Shown piece after piece: positions 8,350 through 16,119 of a stretch of 36,676 nucleotides of DNA (positions within the stretch are counted from its first letter, which is position 1; each line of letters begins with the position of its first letter). The notes under the pieces are model-generated. The model saw only the letters and a program-made list of their open reading frames with translations, made no database searches and had not been told where the DNA came from. A program made the translations under genes and the position numbers. The DNA is taken from NCBI GenBank assembly GCA_027023145.1, contig JALVWV010000196.1:1-36676 (forward strand), written 5' to 3'. This stretch comes from Campylobacteraceae bacterium (lineage in GTDB: Bacteria > Campylobacterota > Campylobacteria > Campylobacterales > Sulfurovaceae).

Positions 8350-9879
8350 ATGATCGAACGTTTGTATGCCAAATCGTTGTTAAGTTTTCCAAATGTGGAG
8401 CTGGAGTTTTCTCCAGGGCTGGTGGTGTTCAGTGGCCCCAGCGGTGCGGGCAAGTCGGTGTTGATGGGATCGGTGCTGGCCGGGTTTGGTCTCTCGGAGG
8501 GGCTGGCGGAGCTGAGTGAGCTGGAGATCACACGACCCGAGGGGCTTGTGAGCGCACTGTATGATCTGGAAGAAACTCCTGTCATTAAACTGATCAAAAA
8601 AACTTCTCTGCGCTGCTACCTTGATGGTCAGTCGATCCCTCGCCGAGGGCTCAAAGAGCTTTTTGCTCCGTATGTGCACTACCTGAGCGTCCGGGATCGG
8701 GGTGGCTTCGAGAGTGAGCGGCTCATCGGGCTGATTGATGGGGCGTTGGCGGTGACGGATGCTGCATTTGTCACTCAAAAAGAGACGTACCAAAACCGCT
8801 ACGCGATCCTGCGCGAAAAGGAAACCGAGTTAGAGGCGATTCTCCAGAGTGAGCGGGAACTGGCCGAACGGATCGAGTTTGCCACCTATGAGATCGAGAA
8901 AATTCGTGCGATTGACCCGCAGGAGGACGAACTCGAGAGTCTTATGGCGACCAAGCGTCAGCTCTCCCGGATCGAAAAGATCAACGATGCGCTCAGTCGT
9001 GCTGAGGGGATCTTCGCTGCCGAGGGGGCAGTGGAAGAGCTCTTCGGGTTGCTGGAAAAGGACGGCAGCTACTTTAGCGATGCGATGAACCAGCTAAGAT
9101 CCGATATGGAAGCGAGCGAACAGCTGGCGGAGGAGCTGGCTGAGACCGATGTCGAAGCCGTTCTCGACCGCCTCGAAGCGCTCAACGGCCTCATCAAGCG
9201 CCACGGATCGATCCCCGAAGCACTGGCCTATCTGGCCGACAAAGAGGCAGAATTGGCCGGCTATACCCACATCGAGGAGGATAAGAGCGCTCTGGAGGCT
9301 TTTATTACTGAAGAGACGGACGCGCTCAAGGCTTTGTCCGGAGAGATCAGCACCCTGCGCCGTGCCAAAGCTGATGAACTGGCAGAGAAAATGTCCGAGT
9401 ATCTCCACGATCTCAAGCTCCCGGCGGTTTCATTCCTCTTCGAGACCACCGAACTGAGCGAGACAGGGAACGACCGGATCGATCTGGAGCTGGCCGGATC
9501 GACCACCGCGACGCTTAGCGGCGGCGAGCACAACCGTCTCCGTCTCGCCCTCATGGCTACCGCCCTCTCTTCAGGTACACGGGGGCAGGGGGTCGTGATC
9601 CTCGACGAGATCGATGCCAACGTCAGCGGCGACGAGAGCATCGCCATCGCCCGCATGATCGCCGACCTCTCCCGCGTTTACCAGGTCTTTGCCATCTCCC
9701 ACCAGCCCCATCTGGCCGCTCAGGCCGATCAGCACATCCTCGTGACCAAATCGGGTGACGTCAGTCATGCTCAGGAACTCGACAGTGATGGACGCGTGCA
9801 GGAGATCGCCCGGATTGTTGGTGGTGAGACGGCGGATGAAGAAGCGGTGGCTTTTGCGCGGAAGTTGTTGCGCTCGTAA
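8350..9879 (+). CDS. recN: DNA repair protein RecN
   Basis: 509-aa ORF. N-terminal Walker A (FSGPSGAGKS), long coiled-coil middle, C-terminal signature LSGGEHNRLRLAL and Walker B VVILDEIDA. Confidence 0.9.
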   Translation: MIERLYAKSLLSFPNVELEFSPGLVVFSGPSGAGKSVLMGSVLAGFGLSEGLAELSELEITRPEGLVSALYDLEETPVIKLIKKTSLRCYLDGQSIPRRGLKELFAPYVHYLSVRDRGGFESERLIGLIDGALAVTDAAFVTQKETYQNRYAILREKETELEAILQSERELAERIEFATYEIEKIRAIDPQEDELESLMATKRQLSRIEKINDALSRAEGIFAAEGAVEELFGLLEKDGSYFSDAMNQLRSDMEASEQLAEELAETDVEAVLDRLEALNGLIKRHGSIPEALAYLADKEAELAGYTHIEEDKSALEAFITEETDALKALSGEISTLRRAKADELAEKMSEYLHDLKLPAVSFLFETTELSETGNDRIDLELAGSTTATLSGGEHNRLRLALMATALSSGTRGQGVVILDEIDANVSGDESIAIARMIADLSRVYQVFAISHQPHLAAQADQHILVTKSGDVSHAQELDSDGRVQEIARIVGGETADEEAVAFARKLLRS

Positions 9880-9900
9880 CCTGTGAGAAGGTGCGCTGTA

Positions 9901-11103
9901 TCAATAAAAATACCCCATTGGCAGAGCCACACACTTCTCGTTAATATGTAGCACGTTTTTTCCCATATAAAAGACGATACCCAAAACATCTTTCGATGAT
10001 TTCTTTTGATACTCCACAATATGCCTAAAGTCATCTTTGCTCACTCTGGTTGAAGATTTTACCTCAACAGCTATCATTCTATTTTGACGCTCCAAGATAA
10101 AATCTATCTCTTTTTTATCATTGGTGAGGTAGTGGTAGATTTTGGTATCATCTATAGCAAAACTACAATGTTTGAGCAACTCATTAAAGACAAAAGTTTC
10201 TACCAGTGCCCCTTTATACCGAGAGTTTTCAAATGCTTCTATGGAGTAGATGCCCAAGAAATAACTCATCAGCCCTGTGTCGTTTAGAAATATCTTTGGT
10301 GACTTGACAAACTGCTTTCCGATGTTTTCAAAAAAAGGTCGCAATGTATGGAGCTGAAAAGTCTGCTCCAAAATGACCAGATAGTTTTCACAAGTCTCTA
10401 TTCGTACTCCTACCTCTTTGGCTAGTTTTGATTTATTGAGCAAAGAGGTGCTCCGTGGAGCAATGATATTGACAAAACGATAAAAGCTGTCTATATCTCT
10501 AAACTCCCCCAAATTACGGGCATCACGCTCTATGTAAGTGCTCACATAAGAGGAAAACCAAAGTTTTTTCTCCAGTGGAGTTTTTAAATTTTGCACATCA
10601 GGATAGCCACCCTTTAAGATAGACTCTACCACACTATTGGTCTCTACCTCAGTAGTGCTAAAGTCATGGACAAAGAGTTTATCTACTATGTTTTCATTCG
10701 GTTTTTTCGTCTTCTCTTTTGCGCTCAATGGGTACAAGTCTATCTCTATAATACGACCTGCCAATGTATCCTTGGCCTGTTTCATATCTAAAATATTAGC
10801 AGAGCCTGTCAGCAAAAAATCCCCATTATTTCGTTTTTTATCCACGTATGTTTTGATGGCTTCTAAGAGCTCTGGTACCTTTTGTATCTCATCAATGGTA
10901 GCAGGCTTTGGTAGTGCTTCCACAAATCGTACAGGGTCATCTTTGGCATTAACGCGTGTAGAGACATCATCTAAGACAACATAATTTTTTCGTATCTCCA
11001 TAGCCAATGTCGACTTGCCCACCTGCCGTGCACCTTTGAGCAACACAACAGGAGAAATCTTAAGTGCCGTCTCCAAGATAGGTACAATGCTTCTTTTTAG
11101 CAT
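9901..11103 (-). CDS. AAA+ ATPase of the AAA_14/DUF4143 (COG1373) type with a PD-(D/E)xK-like C-terminal motif
   Basis: The ORF track starts at TTG 11109; I prefer the ATG at 11103 (MLKRSIV...). Walker A GARQVGKST and Walker B-like ATIDEIQ. C-terminal EIDFILE...IAVEVKSS. The gene is visibly AT-rich compared with its neighbours. Confidence 0.75.
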   Translation of the reverse strand: MLKRSIVPILETALKISPVVLLKGARQVGKSTLAMEIRKNYVVLDDVSTRVNAKDDPVRFVEALPKPATIDEIQKVPELLEAIKTYVDKKRNNGDFLLTGSANILDMKQAKDTLAGRIIEIDLYPLSAKEKTKKPNENIVDKLFVHDFSTTEVETNSVVESILKGGYPDVQNLKTPLEKKLWFSSYVSTYIERDARNLGEFRDIDSFYRFVNIIAPRSTSLLNKSKLAKEVGVRIETCENYLVILEQTFQLHTLRPFFENIGKQFVKSPKIFLNDTGLMSYFLGIYSIEAFENSRYKGALVETFVFNELLKHCSFAIDDTKIYHYLTNDKKEIDFILERQNRMIAVEVKSSTRVSKDDFRHIVEYQKKSSKDVLGIVFYMGKNVLHINEKCVALPMGYFY

Positions 11104-11224
11104 AATCAATGCCTTATTGGATTTGTATTTTGTAAATTATACTATTATAATAGTTAAAATTATGCTATCTTGGCAATATTTTTAGAGATTTTGTGGATTT
11201 TCTGTTTATGTATGTTTTTTCCCT

Positions 11225-11250
11225 CGTTCCGCATCTCCTGATGCGGAATG
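11225..11250 (-). repeat. AGGA-loop hairpin module (minus strand: GGTATG-CATTCCGCATC-AGGA-GATGCGGAACG-AG)
   Basis: 11-bp stem including one G-T pair, with a 4-nt loop. The flanks match copies at 16041-16074 and 26755-26788. It sits at the junction of the AT-rich ATPase gene and higA. Confidence 0.85.
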
Positions 11251-11319
11251 CATACCAAACTGCTGACAACCCAAAACCTCCTGGAGATACGAAAACACGA
11301 AGCAAGGAATCCTGCCGTT

Positions 11320-11622
11320 TTATGCCACCTCTTCAGCAGCGTGAATCGTCTCGAAAACGCTCCGTTTCTTTTTGGCAACGTTGTAGAGGTCGTAGCTGTT
11401 CTGGAGGTTGAGCCAGAGTTCGGGGGAAGTGCCGAAATATTTTGAGAGCCTCAGTGCCATTTCGACGGTGATGCCTCTTTTTTGATTGACCAGTTCATTG
11501 ATCGCGCGAAACGATGTGTGAAGTGCATCTGCCAGTTTGGTCTGCGTGATACCCATGGGGATCAAAAACTCCTCTTTGAGGATTTCTCCGGGATGGGTGG
11601 GTGCTCGCTGTAACTCTATCAT
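11320..11622 (-). CDS. higA: HigA-family antitoxin (XRE helix-turn-helix)
   Basis: 100-aa ORF with HPGEILKEEFL, ITQTKLADAL, ALRLSKYFGTSPELWLNLQ. AGGAGAG RBS. Located 17 nt downstream of higB. Confidence 0.9.
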   Translation of the reverse strand: MIELQRAPTHPGEILKEEFLIPMGITQTKLADALHTSFRAINELVNQKRGITVEMALRLSKYFGTSPELWLNLQNSYDLYNVAKKKRSVFETIHAAEEVA

Positions 11623-11639
11623 GGTCTCTCCTTCTACTT

Positions 11640-11921
11640 TCAGTGATAATCCACTATCTTGACATCATAAGCATGGTTGTCTTCAAATCTGAAAATCACC
11701 CTGAATTGCTTGTTGACCCGTATGGAATAGTATCCTTTCAAGTCGCCTTTCAGCCCCTCGAGTCTGTTGGCCGGAGGGATTTTCAGGTCATTCAGATCAC
11801 GGGCATTGTTCAAATAGTCCAATTTTCGCAATGCTACTTTTTGGATATCCGGAGGCAGTGTCCTGCTCCTCCCTGTGGTATAAAATGCTTTACACGCTTT
11901 GTCCTGAAAACTTTTGATCAT
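11640..11921 (-). CDS. higB: HigB toxin (RelE/ParE superfamily, plasmid maintenance system killer type)
   Basis: 93-aa ORF with IKSFQDKA.KAFY, LKIPPANRLEGLKGDLKGYYSIRVNKQFRVIFRFE, and ending VDYH. Toxin-first order is typical of higBA. Confidence 0.9.
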   Translation of the reverse strand: MIKSFQDKACKAFYTTGRSRTLPPDIQKVALRKLDYLNNARDLNDLKIPPANRLEGLKGDLKGYYSIRVNKQFRVIFRFEDNHAYDVKIVDYH

Positions 11922-11923
11922 AT

Positions 11924-11944
11924 AACACTATAACATATAGTGTT
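11924..11944. promoter_or_regulatory. perfect 9-bp inverted repeat AACACTATA-ACA-TATAGTGTT overlapping the putative higB -10; candidate HigBA operator
   Basis: Read directly, 3 nt upstream of the higB ATG. Type II TA operons are commonly autoregulated through palindromic operators. Confidence 0.5.
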
Positions 11945-11955
11945 TTAATAGTCAA
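11927..11955 (-). promoter_or_regulatory. candidate higB promoter (TTGACT, 17-nt spacer, TATAGT) ending 5 nt before the ATG (leaderless layout)
   Basis: The minus strand reads TTGACTattaaaacactatatgtTATAGTgttatATG. No Shine-Dalgarno sequence is present. Confidence 0.45.
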
Positions 11956-11959
11956 GAGG

Positions 11960-11990
11960 TTGACATTTTTTGAACCTATGATGGTATAAT
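11960..11990 (+). promoter_or_regulatory. candidate tatD promoter (TTGACA, 19-nt spacer, TGgTATAAT extended -10)
   Basis: Read directly, about 40 nt upstream of ATG 12031, with a CAAGGAG RBS between. The spacer is longer than optimal. Confidence 0.45.
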
Positions 11991-12030
11991 AGCGCAACAA
12001 AAATGACAACCATCACACAAGGAGCTCTCC

Positions 12031-12801
12031 ATGATCGTCGATACCCATATCCATCTCGATGATGCGCGGTATGTTGAAGATCTCAACACAGTGCTGGAGC
12101 GGGCGCGGGAGGCGGGGGTGACCCGGTACATCATCCCGGCGGCCGATCCTGAGACGTTGCCGCGTGCGGTGGAGTTGGCGGAGCGGTATGAGGCTATCTA
12201 TTTTGCCGTTGGCGTTCACCCGGATGAAGCCGACCGGTATGATCGTGCGGAGCAGGAGCGCTTCATCGAGCATCCCAAGTGTGTCGCGGTTGGGGAGATT
12301 GGGTTGGATTATTATCGCCTGCCCGATGATCCGGAAGCAGCTGAGCGGATCAAAAAACTCCAGCACGAAGTGTTTATCGATCAGATCGATCTGGCCAATA
12401 CCTATGGCAAACCCATTATCGTCCACATCCGCGACGCCAGCCGCGATGCACAGGCGGTGCTCGAAGCCCATGCCGGAGAGCAGGGCGGGGTGCTCCATTG
12501 TTTCAACGCTGACCATGAGCTGCTCTCACTGGCTGAGCGGGGGTTTTACTATGGGATCGGTGGGGTGTTGACGTTTAAAAATGCCAAGAAACTCGTCGAA
12601 GTCTTCCCCCGCATCCCTGAAGATCGTCTTCTCATCGAGACCGACGGCCCTTACCTGACGCCCCACCCGTATCGCGGAGAGCGGAATGAGCCAGCTTACT
12701 GTGCTTTGGTCGCGGAGAAGATGGCGGAGCTGGGCGGCATCCCGCTGGCAGCAATGCAGGGGATGTGCCGTGAAAATACCACGAGACTCTTCGGAATATG
12801 A
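12031..12801 (+). CDS. TatD-family metal-dependent hydrolase/DNase
   Basis: 256-aa ORF with MIVDTHIHLDD, AVGEIGLDYY, IVHIRDA, GVLHCF and LLIETDGPYL. CAAGGAG RBS. Confidence 0.9.
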   Translation: MIVDTHIHLDDARYVEDLNTVLERAREAGVTRYIIPAADPETLPRAVELAERYEAIYFAVGVHPDEADRYDRAEQERFIEHPKCVAVGEIGLDYYRLPDDPEAAERIKKLQHEVFIDQIDLANTYGKPIIVHIRDASRDAQAVLEAHAGEQGGVLHCFNADHELLSLAERGFYYGIGGVLTFKNAKKLVEVFPRIPEDRLLIETDGPYLTPHPYRGERNEPAYCALVAEKMAELGGIPLAAMQGMCRENTTRLFGI

Positions 12802-13913
12802 TACGGCGATGGTTGCTTGGGGTGTTGATCCTCTCGGGGCTTCTAAGCGCCAGCCATCTGGCGGATGTATACCCAAGCTATCGCTATGTAATGGAGAAAC
12901 TCGACATTGATCCTTCGTACATTGACAACCCCCAGTTTGTCGCATTTGTCCGAAAAAACGAAGCCAAATATCGCCGCTTCTATACCCATTCAATCCAGCG
13001 GGGAGCGAAACTGATCCCCACCTTTACTGAACTGCTGCTGAGCAATGGTCTGAGCCACTTGTTTGTCTACCTCTCGATGACCGAATCGGGCTTCAAGACG
13101 TACGCCAAATCCAACAAGAGTGCTGCCGGGTTGTGGCAGTTTATGGCCGCTACGGCGCGGACGTACAATCTGCGTGTCGATCGCACAATCGATCAGCGCT
13201 ACGATCCCATCGCCTCGACCCAGGCGGCAATGCGCTACATCAACGCCCTTTACAAAAAATTTGGCAAATGGTACCTCGTGATGATGGCGTACAACTGTGG
13301 GGAAGGGCGTCTGGCACGATCGATTCAGCGGGCAGGGACGAATGATTTCGCGACGTTGATGGATGACCGCCGCCGCTTCATCCCGTCCGAGACACGAGAC
13401 TACCTCAAGAAGATCATCCTTCTGGCCATGATGGGCGAGCACATCGTCGAGAGTAAAAAACCCGAAGAGAAAAAGATCAAACGTAAAATCATCGATGGTA
13501 AGACCTTTGTCAACGTCGTGGCGGGCACCCGGATCGCCGATTTGCTCAAGATACTTGACATGAGCTTGCTTGAGTTTACAGCGATGAACCCCCAGATTAC
13601 AACCGATCGGATCCCTGCCGATGCTTTCCTTGTCCAGATCGCGATTCCGGCCGAGAAATTACAACGGTTTCACGATCACTATGCCCCGCCGACGCTGCAA
13701 CAGATCTACCGGGACAAGGGCTACCGCCGCCTCATCGCCCATGTGGTACGTGCTCATGAGGATCTCGGTGCCATTGCCCGCCGATACCATGTCACTCCAC
13801 TGGAGCTGATCATCGCCAACGAACTCCCCCGGGCACAGCTAACCCCAGGGCAGTTGCTGATGATCCCGGTGACCGAAGCGTGGTATCAGCGCCATCGGTA
13901 CGACAGAAGGTGA
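12798..13913 (+). CDS. lytic murein transglycosylase (SLT domain) with C-terminal LysM repeats, MltD-like
   Basis: 371-aa ORF with a signal peptide. The catalytic motif is LSMTESGF, followed by AAGLWQFM and AYNCGEGR. Two LysM-like segments near the C-terminus. 4-nt overlap with tatD. Confidence 0.85.
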   Translation: MIRRWLLGVLILSGLLSASHLADVYPSYRYVMEKLDIDPSYIDNPQFVAFVRKNEAKYRRFYTHSIQRGAKLIPTFTELLLSNGLSHLFVYLSMTESGFKTYAKSNKSAAGLWQFMAATARTYNLRVDRTIDQRYDPIASTQAAMRYINALYKKFGKWYLVMMAYNCGEGRLARSIQRAGTNDFATLMDDRRRFIPSETRDYLKKIILLAMMGEHIVESKKPEEKKIKRKIIDGKTFVNVVAGTRIADLLKILDMSLLEFTAMNPQITTDRIPADAFLVQIAIPAEKLQRFHDHYAPPTLQQIYRDKGYRRLIAHVVRAHEDLGAIARRYHVTPLELIIANELPRAQLTPGQLLMIPVTEAWYQRHRYDRR

Positions 13914-13964
13914 TGCCGCTTCAACCCGGTTTAAAGAAAAAGAAGCCATAATTCATATTAAAAA

Positions 13965-14780
13965 ATGAAAGAGGCGGGAATGTTTCAGAAAACCATGGGA
14001 TTTTTTGTAATCGCGTTGATGATCTCTTTGGTACTTGGAGGGTGCTCACAGCGGGAACCCTTCGCCACAGCGCATACCTCCAAAGCCCGCCATAAAGCCA
14101 CCATGCGTACGTATCGTGTCCGGGGGCGTACCTATCGGCCGACGTATGTGAGCGTCGGGGATACGCAGCGGGGTATTTCGAGTTGGTATGGTCCCAATTT
14201 TCACGGGCATTATACCAGCAACGGTGAGGTCTACAATATGTACAAAATGACCGCTGCACATAAGACCTGGCCGATGGATACTATTGTACGTGTCAAAAAT
14301 CTCGACAATGGTCGCAGCGTCATCGTCCGGATCAACGACCGGGGGCCGTATGTCCAGGGGCGGATCATTGACTGTTCGTATGCTGCTGGCAAGAAGCTGG
14401 GACTGGATCGCAGCGGAATAGCGCATGTCAAACTTACAGTGCTTGGGTTTGCAGGCAAAGTGTTTAAGCCCCATCCAAAAGAGAAACCTCACACACAGAC
14501 TGCGCGGACACAATCGGCTGATATCGCACCTCTGCCTACTGTTCGGTTGAGCAACTTTGGGGTGCAGGTGGGTGCCTTCCGTCGACAAGAAGGGGCGACT
14601 AGGATACGTCAGCGCTATGCTGCCCTCGCCGGAGGTGCCCAGCGGGTGATTGTACGCACATTCGACGTCGACGGTGCGCCACTCTACCGCGTGTGGGTGA
14701 TGGGTTTTGGTTCTGACGAAGAAGCCGAAGACTTCATCCGTGACCATGATATCCGCGGTGGATTTGTAATCCGTCCATAG
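13965..14780 (+). CDS. rlpA: septal ring lytic transglycosylase RlpA (DPBB domain plus SPOR domain), lipoprotein
   Basis: 271-aa ORF. Lipobox LVLGGCS. SWYGPNFHGHYTSNGEVYN...IVRINDRGPY. C-terminal SPOR-like FGVQVGAF...YRVWVMGF. The true start may be an internal Met (MFQK). Confidence 0.85.
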   Translation: MKEAGMFQKTMGFFVIALMISLVLGGCSQREPFATAHTSKARHKATMRTYRVRGRTYRPTYVSVGDTQRGISSWYGPNFHGHYTSNGEVYNMYKMTAAHKTWPMDTIVRVKNLDNGRSVIVRINDRGPYVQGRIIDCSYAAGKKLGLDRSGIAHVKLTVLGFAGKVFKPHPKEKPHTQTARTQSADIAPLPTVRLSNFGVQVGAFRRQEGATRIRQRYAALAGGAQRVIVRTFDVDGAPLYRVWVMGFGSDEEAEDFIRDHDIRGGFVIRP

Positions 14781-14805
14781 TCTTAACAGCACAAAGGAGA
14801 CCACC

Positions 14806-15393
14806 ATGTCCCAAAATACTACGATAGAAAAGACCCGCGAAACCCGCGAAACCCAAATTGCCGCCCGCCTCAATCTTTATGGAAGTGGGCACTCTACTAT
14901 CGATACCGGTGTAGGGTTTTTCGACCACATGCTCGAAGCGTTTGCCAAACACGCCTGGATCGATCTGGAAGTCACCTGCAAAGGGGATCTCCATGTCGAT
15001 GCCCACCACACGGTGGAAGATGTGGGGATCGTCCTTGGGCAGATGCTCGGTGAAGCGGTCTACCCGGTCAAAAACATCGAACGCTACGGCAACGGCATCG
15101 TCGTGATGGACGAAGCGGCCGTCCAGTGCGACCTCGATTTGAGCAATCGAGGTTATCTCGTATTTGAGATGCCTTTGGGGGGCAGTGTAGGGGCGTTTGA
15201 CGTCGAACTCGTCGAAGAGTTTTTTCGCGCGGTGAGTGCCAACATGCCCCTGACTTTGCACATCACTACCCTGCGGGGTCGCAACAAACACCACATCATT
15301 GAAGCAGCGTTTAAGGCCTTTGCTGTCGCCTTCCGCCGGGCGGTGACGCCCAATGAGCGGGCGGGGGTGCCGAGTACGAAGGGAGTGCTTTGA
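14806..15393 (+). CDS. hisB: imidazoleglycerol-phosphate dehydratase
   Basis: 195-aa ORF with TGVGFFDHMLE, DLHVDAHHTVEDVGI, GRNKHHIIEAAFKA. Confidence 0.95.
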   Translation: MSQNTTIEKTRETRETQIAARLNLYGSGHSTIDTGVGFFDHMLEAFAKHAWIDLEVTCKGDLHVDAHHTVEDVGIVLGQMLGEAVYPVKNIERYGNGIVVMDEAAVQCDLDLSNRGYLVFEMPLGGSVGAFDVELVEEFFRAVSANMPLTLHITTLRGRNKHHIIEAAFKAFAVAFRRAVTPNERAGVPSTKGVL

Positions 15394-15428
15394 GAATTAG
15401 GAATTAGGAATGAGGAATTAGGAATGTT
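15394..15428 (+). repeat. tandem heptamer array GAATTAG x5, starting at the first base after the hisB stop
   Basis: gaattag gaattag gaatgag gaattag gaatgtt, then ggtatgcg. Confidence 0.9.
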
Positions 15429-15433
15429 GGTAT

Positions 15434-15453
15434 GCGTTGCTTTGCAACGCTTT
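15434..15453 (+). terminator. intrinsic terminator-like hairpin GCGTTGC-TTT-GCAACGC plus TTT (repeat module)
   Basis: 7-bp GC-rich stem, 3-nt loop and T-run, downstream of hisB. The same module occurs at six other sites. Confidence 0.6.
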
Positions 15454-15556
15454 CAATTAAATAGGGGGTGGGACTTCAGTCCCACAAACATTGTTCGCGA
15501 TGTATTGTGCAGTGTGCGCCATTGTATATTGTTGCAAACCCCATACAGGAGAACTC

Positions 15557-15874
15557 ATGTCCCCCATCGCCACCACCCCCAAACCTCCCTACTACGCCGT
15601 TATCTTCACCTCCCTCAAACACCCTGACGATCAAGGCTACACCGAGATGGCCGATCGGATGGTCGAACGGGTGCAGCAGCAGGAGGGGTTTCTCGGGTTT
15701 GAATCGGCCAGAGAAGCGGTGGGAATCACTGTCTCGTATTGGCGGGATTTGGCGTCTATTCAGGCGTGGAGAGCCGACCTCGAGCACCGGGAAGCGCAAC
15801 AGAAGGGGAAGGAACTCTGGTACCGATCCTACACAATCCGCATCGCCAAAGTCGAGCGGGAATATTCACTGTAG
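15557..15874 (+). CDS. antibiotic biosynthesis monooxygenase (ABM) family protein
   Basis: The ORF track starts at 15491 inside repeat DNA. I prefer ATG 15557 (MSPIATT...), preceded by CAGGAG. YAVIFTS...GFLGFESAR...ITVSYW is typical of ABM domains. Confidence 0.75.
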   Translation: MSPIATTPKPPYYAVIFTSLKHPDDQGYTEMADRMVERVQQQEGFLGFESAREAVGITVSYWRDLASIQAWRADLEHREAQQKGKELWYRSYTIRIAKVEREYSL

Positions 15875-15968
15875 GCTGTCCTTATTTCCATCGTCCTGAG
15901 ACCGTGAAAGAACGTACACTTTTTAGGAGCAGAGGCTTTAGCCCCGTTAAAATAGTCCCATTTTTCTC

Positions 15969-16072
15969 GTTCCCACCGTCCCGTGGGAATGTATGTGCGT
16001 TGATCACAAGTTATGGCATGTTTGCTCCATTTTATACTCTCGTATGCGTTCCCACGCAGGAGCGTGGGAACG
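15969..16072 (+). repeat. pair of GTTCCCAC...GTGGGAA hairpins (15969-15990 with loop CGTCCC; 16047-16072 with 11-bp stem and loop AGGA)
   Basis: Read directly. The second copy has the TCGTATG 5-prime flank and AG 3-prime flank shared with 26755-26788 and (minus strand) 11223-11256. Confidence 0.85.
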
Positions 16073-16119
16073 AGTGTTAACAACTTTTTGGATATAATCG
16101 CTCAAAAAAAAGGTCATAT

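Noticed and set aside
14833-14854. A 9-bp tandem duplication ACCCGCGAA x2 in the hisB 5-prime end (TRETRET).
   Set aside because: It is a small in-frame slippage duplication within a conserved motif region, with no link to the other repeat families. It is unlikely to be functionally notable.
15424-15627. Short ORFs starting at the ATG inside GGTATGCGTTGC and running through the repeat mosaics (15424-15627, 21081-21281, 30780-30965, 32734-32916). They give similar peptides, such as MVCVALQRF...
   Set aside because: The similarity arises because they translate the same repeat modules. Frames break differently in each copy, there is no RBS, and they overlap terminator hairpins. The evidence favours a DNA/RNA-level element, not a peptide family.
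15969-16072. A CRISPR array interpretation for the clustered hairpins and for the 21264-21438 array.
   Set aside because: There is no constant 25-40-bp repeat with unique, similar-length spacers. The hairpin units differ from each other, the 7-bp array has no spacers at all, and no cas genes are present in the window.
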